Assembly: GCA_038206135.1 (NCBI GenBank)
Contig: JBBRBD010000005.1
Location: 467 to 64,466, forward strand
Origin: Patescibacteria group bacterium
Lineage (GTDB): Bacteria; Patescibacteriota; Microgenomatia; UBA8517
DNA: 64,000 nt
Reading direction: 5' to 3'
A model generated the notes under the pieces. That model was not told the DNA's origin. It worked only from the letters and a program-made list of their open reading frames with translations, and ran no database searches. Both the position numbers and the translations under genes were made by a program. Position 1 is the first letter of the stretch; each line of letters begins with the position of its first letter. Of this stretch, positions 55,889 through 64,000 are shown in pieces.

Positions 55889-56410
55889 ATGGCTGCAAAG
55901 AAAACAAATATACTTAACAAAAAGACACTTATGCTCATCTGTGGTGTTTTGGTTATTTCAGTTATGATTTTAGGAATTAAATATTTTGCACTTCGATCTC
56001 ATTGGATGAGCTACTCTGACGAAGCACAACGAAACATCTTCATGTTTTCTGACAGAAGAGCCGAAGATCAAGCAAAGGTTGTTGCAATGGGTGGAATGTA
56101 TAAAATGAATGGACGTGAGTTATATCAAAATCAAAAAGAGATGCAAAGTTACATTACAACTCTTGGAACAGGTTTGAAGCATACGATTGTTGTAGTCGAC
56201 AGAAATAAAACAATTCTTGCTGATACCGTTTCTTCAGAAGTAGGTAAAAAATATAATAAAGACACAGGGAATGAGGTTCAGGCGACTATGTCTGATGGAG
56301 TAACTCGAACATTTTCTGAAAACGGAGTTTCACAAACTGTTATTGTCTTCAAGGCAACTTCTGGAAATACGATTGGTGCAATCGTCTTTTCGACTGATAC
56401 TGTTAAGTAA
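55889..56410 (+). CDS. Hypothetical membrane-anchored protein.
   Basis: It has an N-terminal TM helix. Confidence 0.4.
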   Translation: MAAKKTNILNKKTLMLICGVLVISVMILGIKYFALRSHWMSYSDEAQRNIFMFSDRRAEDQAKVVAMGGMYKMNGRELYQNQKEMQSYITTLGTGLKHTIVVVDRNKTILADTVSSEVGKKYNKDTGNEVQATMSDGVTRTFSENGVSQTVIVFKATSGNTIGAIVFSTDTVK

Positions 56411-56460
56411 TTCTTCACCCGAGTAAAATATACTGTAGTCTTACAGTATCCCTTATTCTT

Positions 56461-58188
56461 ATGGATAAAAAACAACCTAACATTTTTAAAATTCTTACTA
56501 AATACAAACTCTTTGTGGGGTTACTTATCGTGTTTACTCTTGCCGTAAACGGTTTGAGTCTTGTTGTGCCAAAATTATTATCAGATGGGATAAACGGTTA
56601 TGCTCGTGGATCAAACGATTTAGAGCAGCTCTTAATTAAATTCTTAGTTGTTGCGGTTTTAGTCTTTGTATTCACTTATATTCAAAGTTTACTGCAAACA
56701 TTCGCATCTGAAAAAATTGCACGCGATATGCGAGAAGAATTGTCAGCTAAAATTTCTAGACAAAGTTTTTCTTACATTCAAGAAGTAAGTGTGGCGACAC
56801 TCCTTACTAATCTAACGTCAGATATAGATGCAGTGAAACTCTTTGTTTCTCAAGCAGTCTCTTCAATAATTGCTTCATTGTTTTTAATTATTGGTGCGAG
56901 CATTCTTTTACTTTCTATAAATTGGAGGTTAGGACTTATGGTACTGACAATTGTTCCAGTTATTGCTATTACCTTTGGTTTTATTTTAAGTAAAGTAAGA
57001 AAGCTGTTTGTTTCGGCACAAGGAGTTATTGATTGGCTGAATAAAGTAATCAATGAAAGTATACTTGGAGCCGCTCTTATTCGAGTATTAAATTCACAAG
57101 AATACGAATCAAAAAAATTTGTTGATGCAAATACGAAAGCCCGAGATTTAGGACTTCAAATTTTGAATTACTTTGCTAGTTTGATTCCAATTATTACTTT
57201 TGTTTCAAGTTTTGCAACAATTATTATTCTCACGATGGGTGGCTATTATGTAATTCAAGACAGTATGACATTGGGTGACTTTGCAGCCTTTAATAGTTAT
57301 GTAGGTATTCTTATTTTCCCAATTATCTTAATTGGTTTTATGAGTAATGTTATAGCCCGATCTAGCGCAAGCTATGGAAGAATTGTAAAGGTGTTGACTG
57401 CAAAAGAGCCTGAAGAGAAAGGAACGCTCGAATCAACACTAGAAGGTAAGATTGAGCTAAAAAATGTTTCCCTTACTTTTGGCCAAAAGAAAATATTAAA
57501 AAATTTAAGCTTTACAATTAAACCAAATACAAGAACAGCCCTCATCGGTCCTACTGCAGCTGGAAAAACGCAGCTTATGTATTTACTAAGTCGTTTAACA
57601 CCAGTGGAAGAGGGGACTATTAAAATAGATGACAAAAATATTTCAGAATATACGCAAATGTCGTTGCACTCACAAGTAGGGCTAGTTTTTCAAGATAGTG
57701 TCATTTTTAATTTGAGCTTACGAGAAAACATTGCATTTAGTCCAAAAACATCAAATGAGACCTTAGCTAAAGCACTTAAGACTGCAGAGCTCGATACTTT
57801 TATTAAAAAACTCCCTAAAGGCTTAGATACAATTGTTTCTGAGCGAGGTACTAGTTTGTCAGGAGGTCAAAAGCAAAGAATCATGCTTGCACGCGCTTTA
57901 GCACTTGACCCTAAAATTTTACTGCTTGATGATTTTACGGCACGCGTAGATCAAAATACTGAACAGAAGATTCTTTCAAATGTTTCTAAAAATTATCCTG
58001 ATCTGACACTTGTCTCTGTGACACAAAAAATTTCGTCTGTTATGCATTACGATAAAATAATTTTAATTATGGAAGGGGAAGTTGTTGCTGAGGGAACACA
58101 CGTAGAATTATTAAAGAGTTCTCCAGAGTATGTTCAATTATATGAATCTCAAAAAAGTACCAACACCTATGAAGTATCAACTGAATAA
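56461..58188 (+). CDS. ABC exporter, a fused permease-ATPase half-transporter, subunit 1.
   Basis: It has 6 TM helices plus an NBD (GPTAAGKTQ, LSGGQKQRI, LLLDD). Confidence 0.85.
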   Translation: MDKKQPNIFKILTKYKLFVGLLIVFTLAVNGLSLVVPKLLSDGINGYARGSNDLEQLLIKFLVVAVLVFVFTYIQSLLQTFASEKIARDMREELSAKISRQSFSYIQEVSVATLLTNLTSDIDAVKLFVSQAVSSIIASLFLIIGASILLLSINWRLGLMVLTIVPVIAITFGFILSKVRKLFVSAQGVIDWLNKVINESILGAALIRVLNSQEYESKKFVDANTKARDLGLQILNYFASLIPIITFVSSFATIIILTMGGYYVIQDSMTLGDFAAFNSYVGILIFPIILIGFMSNVIARSSASYGRIVKVLTAKEPEEKGTLESTLEGKIELKNVSLTFGQKKILKNLSFTIKPNTRTALIGPTAAGKTQLMYLLSRLTPVEEGTIKIDDKNISEYTQMSLHSQVGLVFQDSVIFNLSLRENIAFSPKTSNETLAKALKTAELDTFIKKLPKGLDTIVSERGTSLSGGQKQRIMLARALALDPKILLLDDFTARVDQNTEQKILSNVSKNYPDLTLVSVTQKISSVMHYDKIILIMEGEVVAEGTHVELLKSSPEYVQLYESQKSTNTYEVSTE

Positions 58189-59926
58189 AGAAACCAAACA
58201 ACAATCTGAGTCTTTAATAAAAACCTTAAAAAAGTTTATTCCACTTTTAAGTGGAGAAAAAAGAGAACTTGGTTTCGCGCTGCTGGCGCTTTTAATTAAC
58301 TCAATTTTGCAGCTGGTTGCTCCAGCTATTATTGGTCACGCAGTGGATAGCTACATTGTAACGAAACAGTTCAATGGTGTATTAAGCTCGGCAAGTTTTC
58401 TACTTATCATTTATTTAGGCTCTCTAGTTACAAGTCGCATGCAAACAAAGCTCATGGGAACCGTGGGTCAGCACCTTCTATTTAATTTACGTAATGCAAT
58501 TTTTCAGAAACTACAACAACTTCCAGTTGCTTTTTTCAACCAAAATAAAGCAGGGGACCTGATTTCTAGAATAAACAATGATACTGATAAACTAAATCAA
58601 TTCTTTTCACAATCCCTCATGCAATTTGTGGGAAGCATTTTTATGATGACTGGTGCTGCTATTTTTATAGTTGCACTGAACCCGCGATTAGGGTCTGCAG
58701 CACTAGTGCCAGCACTCGGAATTCTTATTATTACAAACCTGCTGACCGCATGGGTAAAGCAAAAAAATGCAACTAGCTTGAAAGCAACGGGCGGAATGAG
58801 TGCTGAAATTGCTGAAAGTTTAAATAATTTTAAGGTTGTTGTTGCATTTGATCGTCGTGATTACTTTAAAGCCCATTTTGGAGAAGTTAACCAAACAAAC
58901 TTTGAAGCTGCTACAAGTGCTGGAATCGCAAACAACATCTTTACTCCAATTTATGGATTGGCTGCAAACCTTGCACAAGTTATTGTCTTGTTTTATGGAA
59001 TATATTTAATATCTCAAGGACAGTTTACCGTGGGACTCCTTATTAGTTACTTAACTTATTTAACTCGCTTTTACGATCCTATTCGACAGCTTGCGAGTTT
59101 GTGGTCAACATTTCAAGTGGCACTCGCCGGTTGGGATCGTATTTCAGAAATCTTAGCTCTTGAAAACGATTTGCCAATTTTGAAATCTGACAAAACATCA
59201 AAATCTAAGAATGTACTTGAATTTAGTGAGGTGTCTTTTGGATACCCTGATGGAAAAGAAATCCTTTCAAATATCAACTTTAAACTTGCAGAGGGGAAGA
59301 CTTATGCGCTTGTCGGGCCAACAGGTGGAGGAAAGACTACAACAGCATCTCTCATGGCTCGCTTATTTGATCCCACAAAGGGAACCGTTTTGTTGAACGG
59401 CACTGATATTAGACAGGTAAGTGCTGCAAAGCGCAGTTCAAAAATAGGGTTTATATTACAGGAACCATTCTTGTTTTCAGGAACAGTGCGTGAAAATATT
59501 TTGTATGGAAATAATGTGCATCAAAAATATTCTAATAAGGAACTCTTAGAATTAATTGCAAAATCAAATTTACAAGAAATAATTAAGCGATTTAACGATG
59601 GCCTCGATACTAAAGTATCGGCACAAGGTGAGACGATGAGTCTCGGACAAAAGCAACTGATTGCTTTCATGCGTGCAGTTCTACGGTCACCTGAGCTTTT
59701 AATTCTCGACGAAGCAACTGCAAACATTGATACAGTGACCGAACAGCTTCTAGATGAGATTCTTAAAAATTTACCTAAAACTACAACAAAAGTTGTTATT
59801 GCACATCGATTAAATACGATTGAGAGTGCAGATGAAATTTTCTTTGTAAATGCGGGGAGAATTAAACGAGCGGGCTCATTGAAGCATGCTATTGAAATGC
59901 TCATGCATGGTAAAAAAGAAAGTTAA
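58169..59926 (+). CDS. ABC exporter half-transporter, subunit 2. It is probably the heterodimer partner of the previous gene.
   Basis: It has 6 TM helices plus an NBD (GPTGGGKTT, LSLGQKQLIA, LILDE). It overlaps the upstream gene. Confidence 0.85.
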   Translation: MKYQLNKETKQQSESLIKTLKKFIPLLSGEKRELGFALLALLINSILQLVAPAIIGHAVDSYIVTKQFNGVLSSASFLLIIYLGSLVTSRMQTKLMGTVGQHLLFNLRNAIFQKLQQLPVAFFNQNKAGDLISRINNDTDKLNQFFSQSLMQFVGSIFMMTGAAIFIVALNPRLGSAALVPALGILIITNLLTAWVKQKNATSLKATGGMSAEIAESLNNFKVVVAFDRRDYFKAHFGEVNQTNFEAATSAGIANNIFTPIYGLAANLAQVIVLFYGIYLISQGQFTVGLLISYLTYLTRFYDPIRQLASLWSTFQVALAGWDRISEILALENDLPILKSDKTSKSKNVLEFSEVSFGYPDGKEILSNINFKLAEGKTYALVGPTGGGKTTTASLMARLFDPTKGTVLLNGTDIRQVSAAKRSSKIGFILQEPFLFSGTVRENILYGNNVHQKYSNKELLELIAKSNLQEIIKRFNDGLDTKVSAQGETMSLGQKQLIAFMRAVLRSPELLILDEATANIDTVTEQLLDEILKNLPKTTTKVVIAHRLNTIESADEIFFVNAGRIKRAGSLKHAIEMLMHGKKES

Positions 59927-60162
59927 CTTCTTTTTAATTTATTTTGCTGATGTTCAGCTTGGAAAGCCGACGCGTGAGTGCTTGGAGTTCCTTTATTTTG
60001 TGTTATTTGTCTAAATATTTCAGCTTTCGAAATAGTAGGGTTTTCCCGTTGAAGCTCTTCAATTTTTATAATTGCTTCTGGTTCTGGAATGTCGAATTGA
60101 GTGAAACGGTGGGCAAAACTATCCAATTTGTCAGGAGTAATTCCACCTCGTTCTTTGTGCAT
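59923..60162 (-). CDS. Hypothetical small protein. Support is weak.
   Basis: It is a 79-aa ORF with no clear RBS. Confidence 0.2.
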   Translation of the reverse strand: MHKERGGITPDKLDSFAHRFTQFDIPEPEAIIKIEELQRENPTISKAEIFRQITQNKGTPSTHASAFQAEHQQNKLKRS

Positions 60163-60209
60163 TTTAGTTTTTATGAAATATTGATGCGTTCAATGTAGTT
60201 CGTTTCAAC

Positions 60210-61310
60210 TTAATTTTTTTCATATGAATCGATAAACTTGATAAGACCGGCCATATATTCTGAACAAGAACTCAAGCTAATCCATTCAGTATCAGAATGA
60301 ATATTTCCGCCAATCGGTTTTATCATGAGTACTGGAATCTTAAGTTCAGCAAAATGCCGAGCATCGGAAGCGCCATATGTTTCTTTCACGACTATTTTTT
60401 GACTTAGTGTGTCATTCATATCACATAAAAACCTCTGAACTAATGACATTGAAACATCTGTAAATGTGGGCATCCCAACGGACAATTTCTTTACTTGAAT
60501 TTCAGGATCAACTGCAAGTGCCATTGCTTTTACCTGGTCTTCTATTTCTTTAAACGAAGTTGTTTCAGGATATCGAAAATCTAGCTTCATTGATGCTTTC
60601 GCACAAACCTGATTTATTGATACTCCACCTTCGATTTGTCCAATATTAAGTGTAGTTTCCCAACTAGGATTCAATCCGTTTTTCTCGAATGTTATAAGCA
60701 GTTCATTTGCTAGTTTAACCAATGAGTTAATTGCATTTTTCCCTTCCCAAGGGCGAGAAGAGTGAGCTGGGGATCCCACTGAAAGTATTTCCAGCTGACA
60801 CACTCCCTTTGCTTTATTTACAAATACTAAATTATCGCCACCATCAGGAACTATTAAACATTTAGGCTTAATACCAAATTCTTTTGCTAAAAAAAGTGCA
60901 CCATTAAATCCGCCGATTTCTTCGTCTGTTGTTACAATCAAACTAAATGTAATATCAATCTTTTCTTTTATAATTTTATTTAGAAGTACAACCCCCATAG
61001 GAATTGAAAACTTCATGTCACTTACACCTCGTCCAAATAGTTTGTCACCATCTTGAATCAAACTAAATTGCTCAGGTTTTGCAGACACCACATCAATGTG
61101 TACAAGAAAGGCAATATCTGGTGTTTTTATCTTAGACGAACTGGCGATCAGTGTTTCAAAGCCATTATTGGTAAGCCGTGTAATTTCAGCTTCTTCGCTT
61201 ATTAAAGAAACCACATAGTCTAAGCTTTTTTTTGCCTCATCAAAATTTCCAGTAACTGTTTTAAATGAAACTAATTTAGATAATTGTTCAATGAATTCTT
61301 GATTGTTCAT
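60210..61310 (-). CDS. M20-family metallopeptidase / deacylase (ArgE/DapE-like).
   Basis: The M20 motifs FLVHIDVV and FGRGVSDMK are present. Confidence 0.75.
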   Translation of the reverse strand: MNNQEFIEQLSKLVSFKTVTGNFDEAKKSLDYVVSLISEEAEITRLTNNGFETLIASSSKIKTPDIAFLVHIDVVSAKPEQFSLIQDGDKLFGRGVSDMKFSIPMGVVLLNKIIKEKIDITFSLIVTTDEEIGGFNGALFLAKEFGIKPKCLIVPDGGDNLVFVNKAKGVCQLEILSVGSPAHSSRPWEGKNAINSLVKLANELLITFEKNGLNPSWETTLNIGQIEGGVSINQVCAKASMKLDFRYPETTSFKEIEDQVKAMALAVDPEIQVKKLSVGMPTFTDVSMSLVQRFLCDMNDTLSQKIVVKETYGASDARHFAELKIPVLMIKPIGGNIHSDTEWISLSSCSEYMAGLIKFIDSYEKN

Positions 61311-61311
61311 A

Positions 61312-61893
61312 TTAATTTTTAAAATCTTTCGTTACTCGTTCTTTAGTTATCAAATCATATCCGTACAAATCTTTTATATCATAAATGGCTGCTTTTTTCG
61401 CCTCGGGTGTCACAAATAAGTTACTACTTTTCATAAGAGACTCTGCCTCGCCAAAATGTCCTGTTTTAAACGCAAATCCTATTCTATATTCTACAATAAG
61501 TGGTGAATCTATTTGAAAAGTAGGAGTAACTGCTATTTGATACTTTTCAGGGGTATCAAGAGCAGGTAGAAAATTAAATATTCGATCTTCTACTTCAGTG
61601 TCGGAATCAATTGCATGCCAATACTCTTTTTTTAATGGAAGGAATGAAGTTTGGCTCAAAAGCGCTATCCCAATAGTGTTAAGTACTTCATCTGCTCCTC
61701 GTCGACGTTGTACTAAATCAATTTGTGAAACTGTATATTCATATAAATCATCGAAATTCTCAAATGTGCACTCAATCATATAAGGCAAAAAACGTTCACG
61801 TGTTTTAAGCCAACACCAAGATGCAAAAAGCGTTTTTGGATATAGAACATCGATTGTTTGAAACTGTGGGGAACTGCTTTCCATAAGTAACAA
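61312..61893 (-). CDS. Hypothetical protein, 193 aa.
   Basis: Its stop abuts the M20 gene's start, which suggests an operon. Confidence 0.4.
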   Translation of the reverse strand: MLLMESSSPQFQTIDVLYPKTLFASWCWLKTRERFLPYMIECTFENFDDLYEYTVSQIDLVQRRRGADEVLNTIGIALLSQTSFLPLKKEYWHAIDSDTEVEDRIFNFLPALDTPEKYQIAVTPTFQIDSPLIVEYRIGFAFKTGHFGEAESLMKSSNLFVTPEAKKAAIYDIKDLYGYDLITKERVTKDFKN

Positions 61894-61925
61894 TTATAAA
61901 CTAGCTGCGTCATCTAACGGTGAGC

Positions 61926-61958
61926 ATAAAAAAAAGGAGAGAATATATCTCTCCTTTA
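61926..61958 (-). terminator. Minus-strand terminator.
   Basis: GGAGAGA-atata-TCTCTCC with a T8 tract on the minus strand. Confidence 0.55.
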
Positions 61959-61980
61959 TTCACGAAATTAAAACGCTTAC

Positions 61981-62397
61981 TTAATCGTCATCAGAATACG
62001 AGTCTGGGTATTCTGGTTCGTAATCATCTTCAATAAGATAATCACCTGGAAAATACTTTCTGTTTTCTATTTCAATCTCATCTTCACGATCACGGAACTC
62101 TTGTGTTTCTAGTCCTTTTACACGAGGATCTTTACATTCTTCCCAAATTCCGTCAGACGTGAGTACTTCAAAGTGATACCACCAGCTTATGTAACCGTCT
62201 TCGATTTGATGGTACCCGAGACTGTCCGCTCCAAATATGGAACTTGGAGGATAGTGTTTACTAAGTTCTGACCTGTCTTGTCCCTCCCAAATGATATGTA
62301 ACTGCTCTCTATCCTTTTCACTAACAAAATCGTTTACCAAGTGCTTGAACACTCGATATGTTGTTCCGCTGCGTGCAATACTATTTGAATTGTTCAC
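61981..62397 (-). CDS. Hypothetical acidic protein, 138 aa, with an Asp/Glu/Tyr-rich C-terminus.
   Basis: The ORF is followed by a terminator. Confidence 0.4.
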   Translation of the reverse strand: MNNSNSIARSGTTYRVFKHLVNDFVSEKDREQLHIIWEGQDRSELSKHYPPSSIFGADSLGYHQIEDGYISWWYHFEVLTSDGIWEECKDPRVKGLETQEFRDREDEIEIENRKYFPGDYLIEDDYEPEYPDSYSDDD

Positions 62398-62633
62398 TCT
62401 AGGCTTCCTTTACAATTTAGGTCGAATTGAAGTGCTTCAACTTGAAAAATGTAAAGTTGCCTCCCGCTTTCTCTATGAATAGAGGGGAAAAGGGGTGCAC
62501 CTACTTGCCAAATAGCCCTGATATCCCGTACAGGCTTTTTGGATACTCAATATGAGTAGTTCGGATTGTACCCATAGTAACATTTGACTTGTGTATAGTC
62601 AACTATATTTCTAATCTGTATACTAGTTGTAAT

Positions 62634-63275
62634 ATGAACAAGAATATTATCATGGGTGTTGGAACACTTATTATTTTAGGAGTCATTGTTGGATTTTTTG
62701 TGGTCAATAAAAAATCCACGCTAAATCCTACCATGATGAATCAACAGGCGGGAGAAATGAGTCCAAGTCCAATGGCTAATGATAACTCTCCAAAGTCCTT
62801 AAAAGATCTATTAACACTTGGTTCTCAAAAATGCACATTTAACGCTGGAACCCAAAGTACCGGTACAGTGTATGTTTCGTCCGGCAAAATGAAGGCAGAC
62901 TTCACTATAAGTATTGCTCAAGGCGATATTACGTCTCACATGCTCATCGACGGTGAAACTGGATATGTTTGGTCAGATGACTCAAAAGGTGGAATTAAAA
63001 TGCAAATCAATGCAGTAAATCCGAGTGCTACTCCAAACGCAAAGACCATGGATGTTAACAAGAAGTATGATTATTCATGTGTTCCATGGACTGTAAACGA
63101 GTCATTCTTTGTTTTACCTGCTAATATCACTTTTTCAGATATCCAAACGCCTCATGTAATGGTTCCAAAAACGGGAACAAGTGTAAATAATGAAGACACT
63201 AATAAATGTGCTTCTTGTGACACTGCTCCTGCAGACTACAAAGTTCAGTGTCGTCAAGCATTAGGCTGTAATTAA
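62634..63275 (+). CDS. Hypothetical membrane-anchored extracytoplasmic protein with a Cys-containing C-terminus. The ORF track extends it to 62589.
   Basis: MNKNIIMGVGTLIILGVIVGFFVV is the anchor. Six Cys residues sit in the C-terminal region. Confidence 0.4.
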   Translation: MNKNIIMGVGTLIILGVIVGFFVVNKKSTLNPTMMNQQAGEMSPSPMANDNSPKSLKDLLTLGSQKCTFNAGTQSTGTVYVSSGKMKADFTISIAQGDITSHMLIDGETGYVWSDDSKGGIKMQINAVNPSATPNAKTMDVNKKYDYSCVPWTVNESFFVLPANITFSDIQTPHVMVPKTGTSVNNEDTNKCASCDTAPADYKVQCRQALGCN

Positions 63276-63325
63276 TTCTCTTCATTTCAGTAAATTCGTG
63301 TATTATAAAAAAAGGCATTCTTGTT

Positions 63326-63673
63326 GTGAAATTTTTATATGTGAAAAGGAAAACTGCAATGGCGAATATCCCGTTAGCTATTGAATTAGGGGAAGAAGCT
63401 GCGTCAAAAAAGAATGAATACCTGAAGCGAAAAGTGCAAGAGCTCACCAAATACATCGGAAAAGAGTTAGCAGAGGTGTATGTGACATACCGGTATTCAG
63501 ATGCAGAAACTAAAGCAGTTAAACGACTAGCATTTACCAATCTGCTCGCGCAATACGTTCGGTTTGGAACCTATGAGAATGTGCAATTCGCGATGTTCGC
63601 TCAGTTTTTGTATATTGATGAAATGAGTGAAAGAGCTCCTATAACGCTGGAGAATTTATTCGCGAGTTTCTAA
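63326..63673 (+). CDS. Hypothetical protein.
   Basis: It is a 115-aa ORF followed by a terminator. Confidence 0.35.
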   Translation: MKFLYVKRKTAMANIPLAIELGEEAASKKNEYLKRKVQELTKYIGKELAEVYVTYRYSDAETKAVKRLAFTNLLAQYVRFGTYENVQFAMFAQFLYIDEMSERAPITLENLFASF

Positions 63674-63681
63674 TCAGTATC

Positions 63682-63712
63682 TGGGGCAAAGAAATCTTTG
63701 CCCCTTTTTTGT
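63682..63712 (+). terminator. Rho-independent terminator.
   Basis: GGGGCAAAG-aaat-CTTTGCCCC followed by TTTTTTG. Confidence 0.6.
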
Positions 63713-64000
63713 ACTAGAGACAAGGATTTTTAATAAAAATGAAACGGGTGAAATTTTATCTTCAGTCATTATCAAAACGAATATAAATCAATTTGTTTTG
63801 GTTGATGGAGAACAAATGTTAGCATGTCACCCATCCCTATAATCCCAGCCGTGTATCCAACGGATACTTATTTAATGAAGTACGAGTTCATACACAAATT
63901 TCATAAATGGTCGTATGGTTTTATTTTCCATGATTAGCGTGTATCCCTGGTTATAAAAACGTTTTACTAAACTTCTAGCAATTGTGTGTTTCATAATCTG

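Noticed and set aside
1-64000. tRNA, rRNA and CRISPR search.
   Set aside because: - T-loop-like strings occur only inside coding sequences (GTTCGAATA near 5500 in thyA, GTTCGATTCC near 13846 in P2), without acceptor or anticodon stems.
- There are no 23S/16S-like segments.
- There are no regularly spaced direct repeats.
1-64000. Alternative genetic code (UGA=Gly, code 25) or stop-codon reassignment, which might explain the in-frame TAA at 23171.
   Set aside because: TGA, TAA and TAG each terminate conserved genes at their expected ends, for example mreB TGA 403-405, mrdA TAA, CoA-transferase TGA and folD TGA. The standard code 11 therefore fits.

Overview
This 64 kb window reads as a gene-dense chromosomal segment with about 75 protein-coding genes on both strands. 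It comes from a low-GC, small-genome bacterium that uses the standard code: TGA, TAA and TAG all terminate conserved genes. By inference only, the lineage is probably Patescibacteria/CPR-like. The supporting observations are a short ProRS and EF-Ts, many secreted or membrane-anchored hypothetical proteins, DUF2207, a secreted thermonuclease, and no respiratory genes. I found no rRNA, tRNA, CRISPR array, transposase or integrase.

The recognisable core genes are:
- mreB (3' fragment) and PBP2, then topA.
- A thymidylate and one-carbon cluster: folA-thyA, divergently transcribed from tmk-dcd, then glyA and folD.
- rpsB-tsf, frr, rseP, proS, yvcK, HIT, yqeY, ybeY.
- dnaX-ybaB, then a glycoside hydrolase, then recR.
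- cysS, an ECF sigma with anti-sigma, a two-component system, and a MacA/MacB/FtsX-type ABC system.
- msrB, an ABC-F ATPase, a heterodimeric ABC exporter and an M20 peptidase.

The most interesting non-core content is:
- Three tandem, fast-diverged paralogous cassettes follow tsf. Each carries a copy of the same promoter and a GGGAGCG-type hairpin terminator, and the first promoter copy overlaps the tsf stop codon. The array is convergent with an autoinhibited Fic-family gene.
- A second pair of diverged tandem paralogs sits inside the folate cluster.
- An FMN-binding protein with an SGAS motif, an ApbE flavin transferase and a membrane-domain/FNR-like fusion protein form a compact candidate transmembrane flavin electron-transfer system.
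- Upstream of dnaX, one reading frame is split by a single in-frame TAA.
- A secreted thermonuclease is followed by an acidic small protein.
- A family III CoA-transferase is translationally coupled to an AT-rich acyltransferase-like gene.
- A stand-alone ATP-cone protein sits in a GC-shifted island of small unknown genes.
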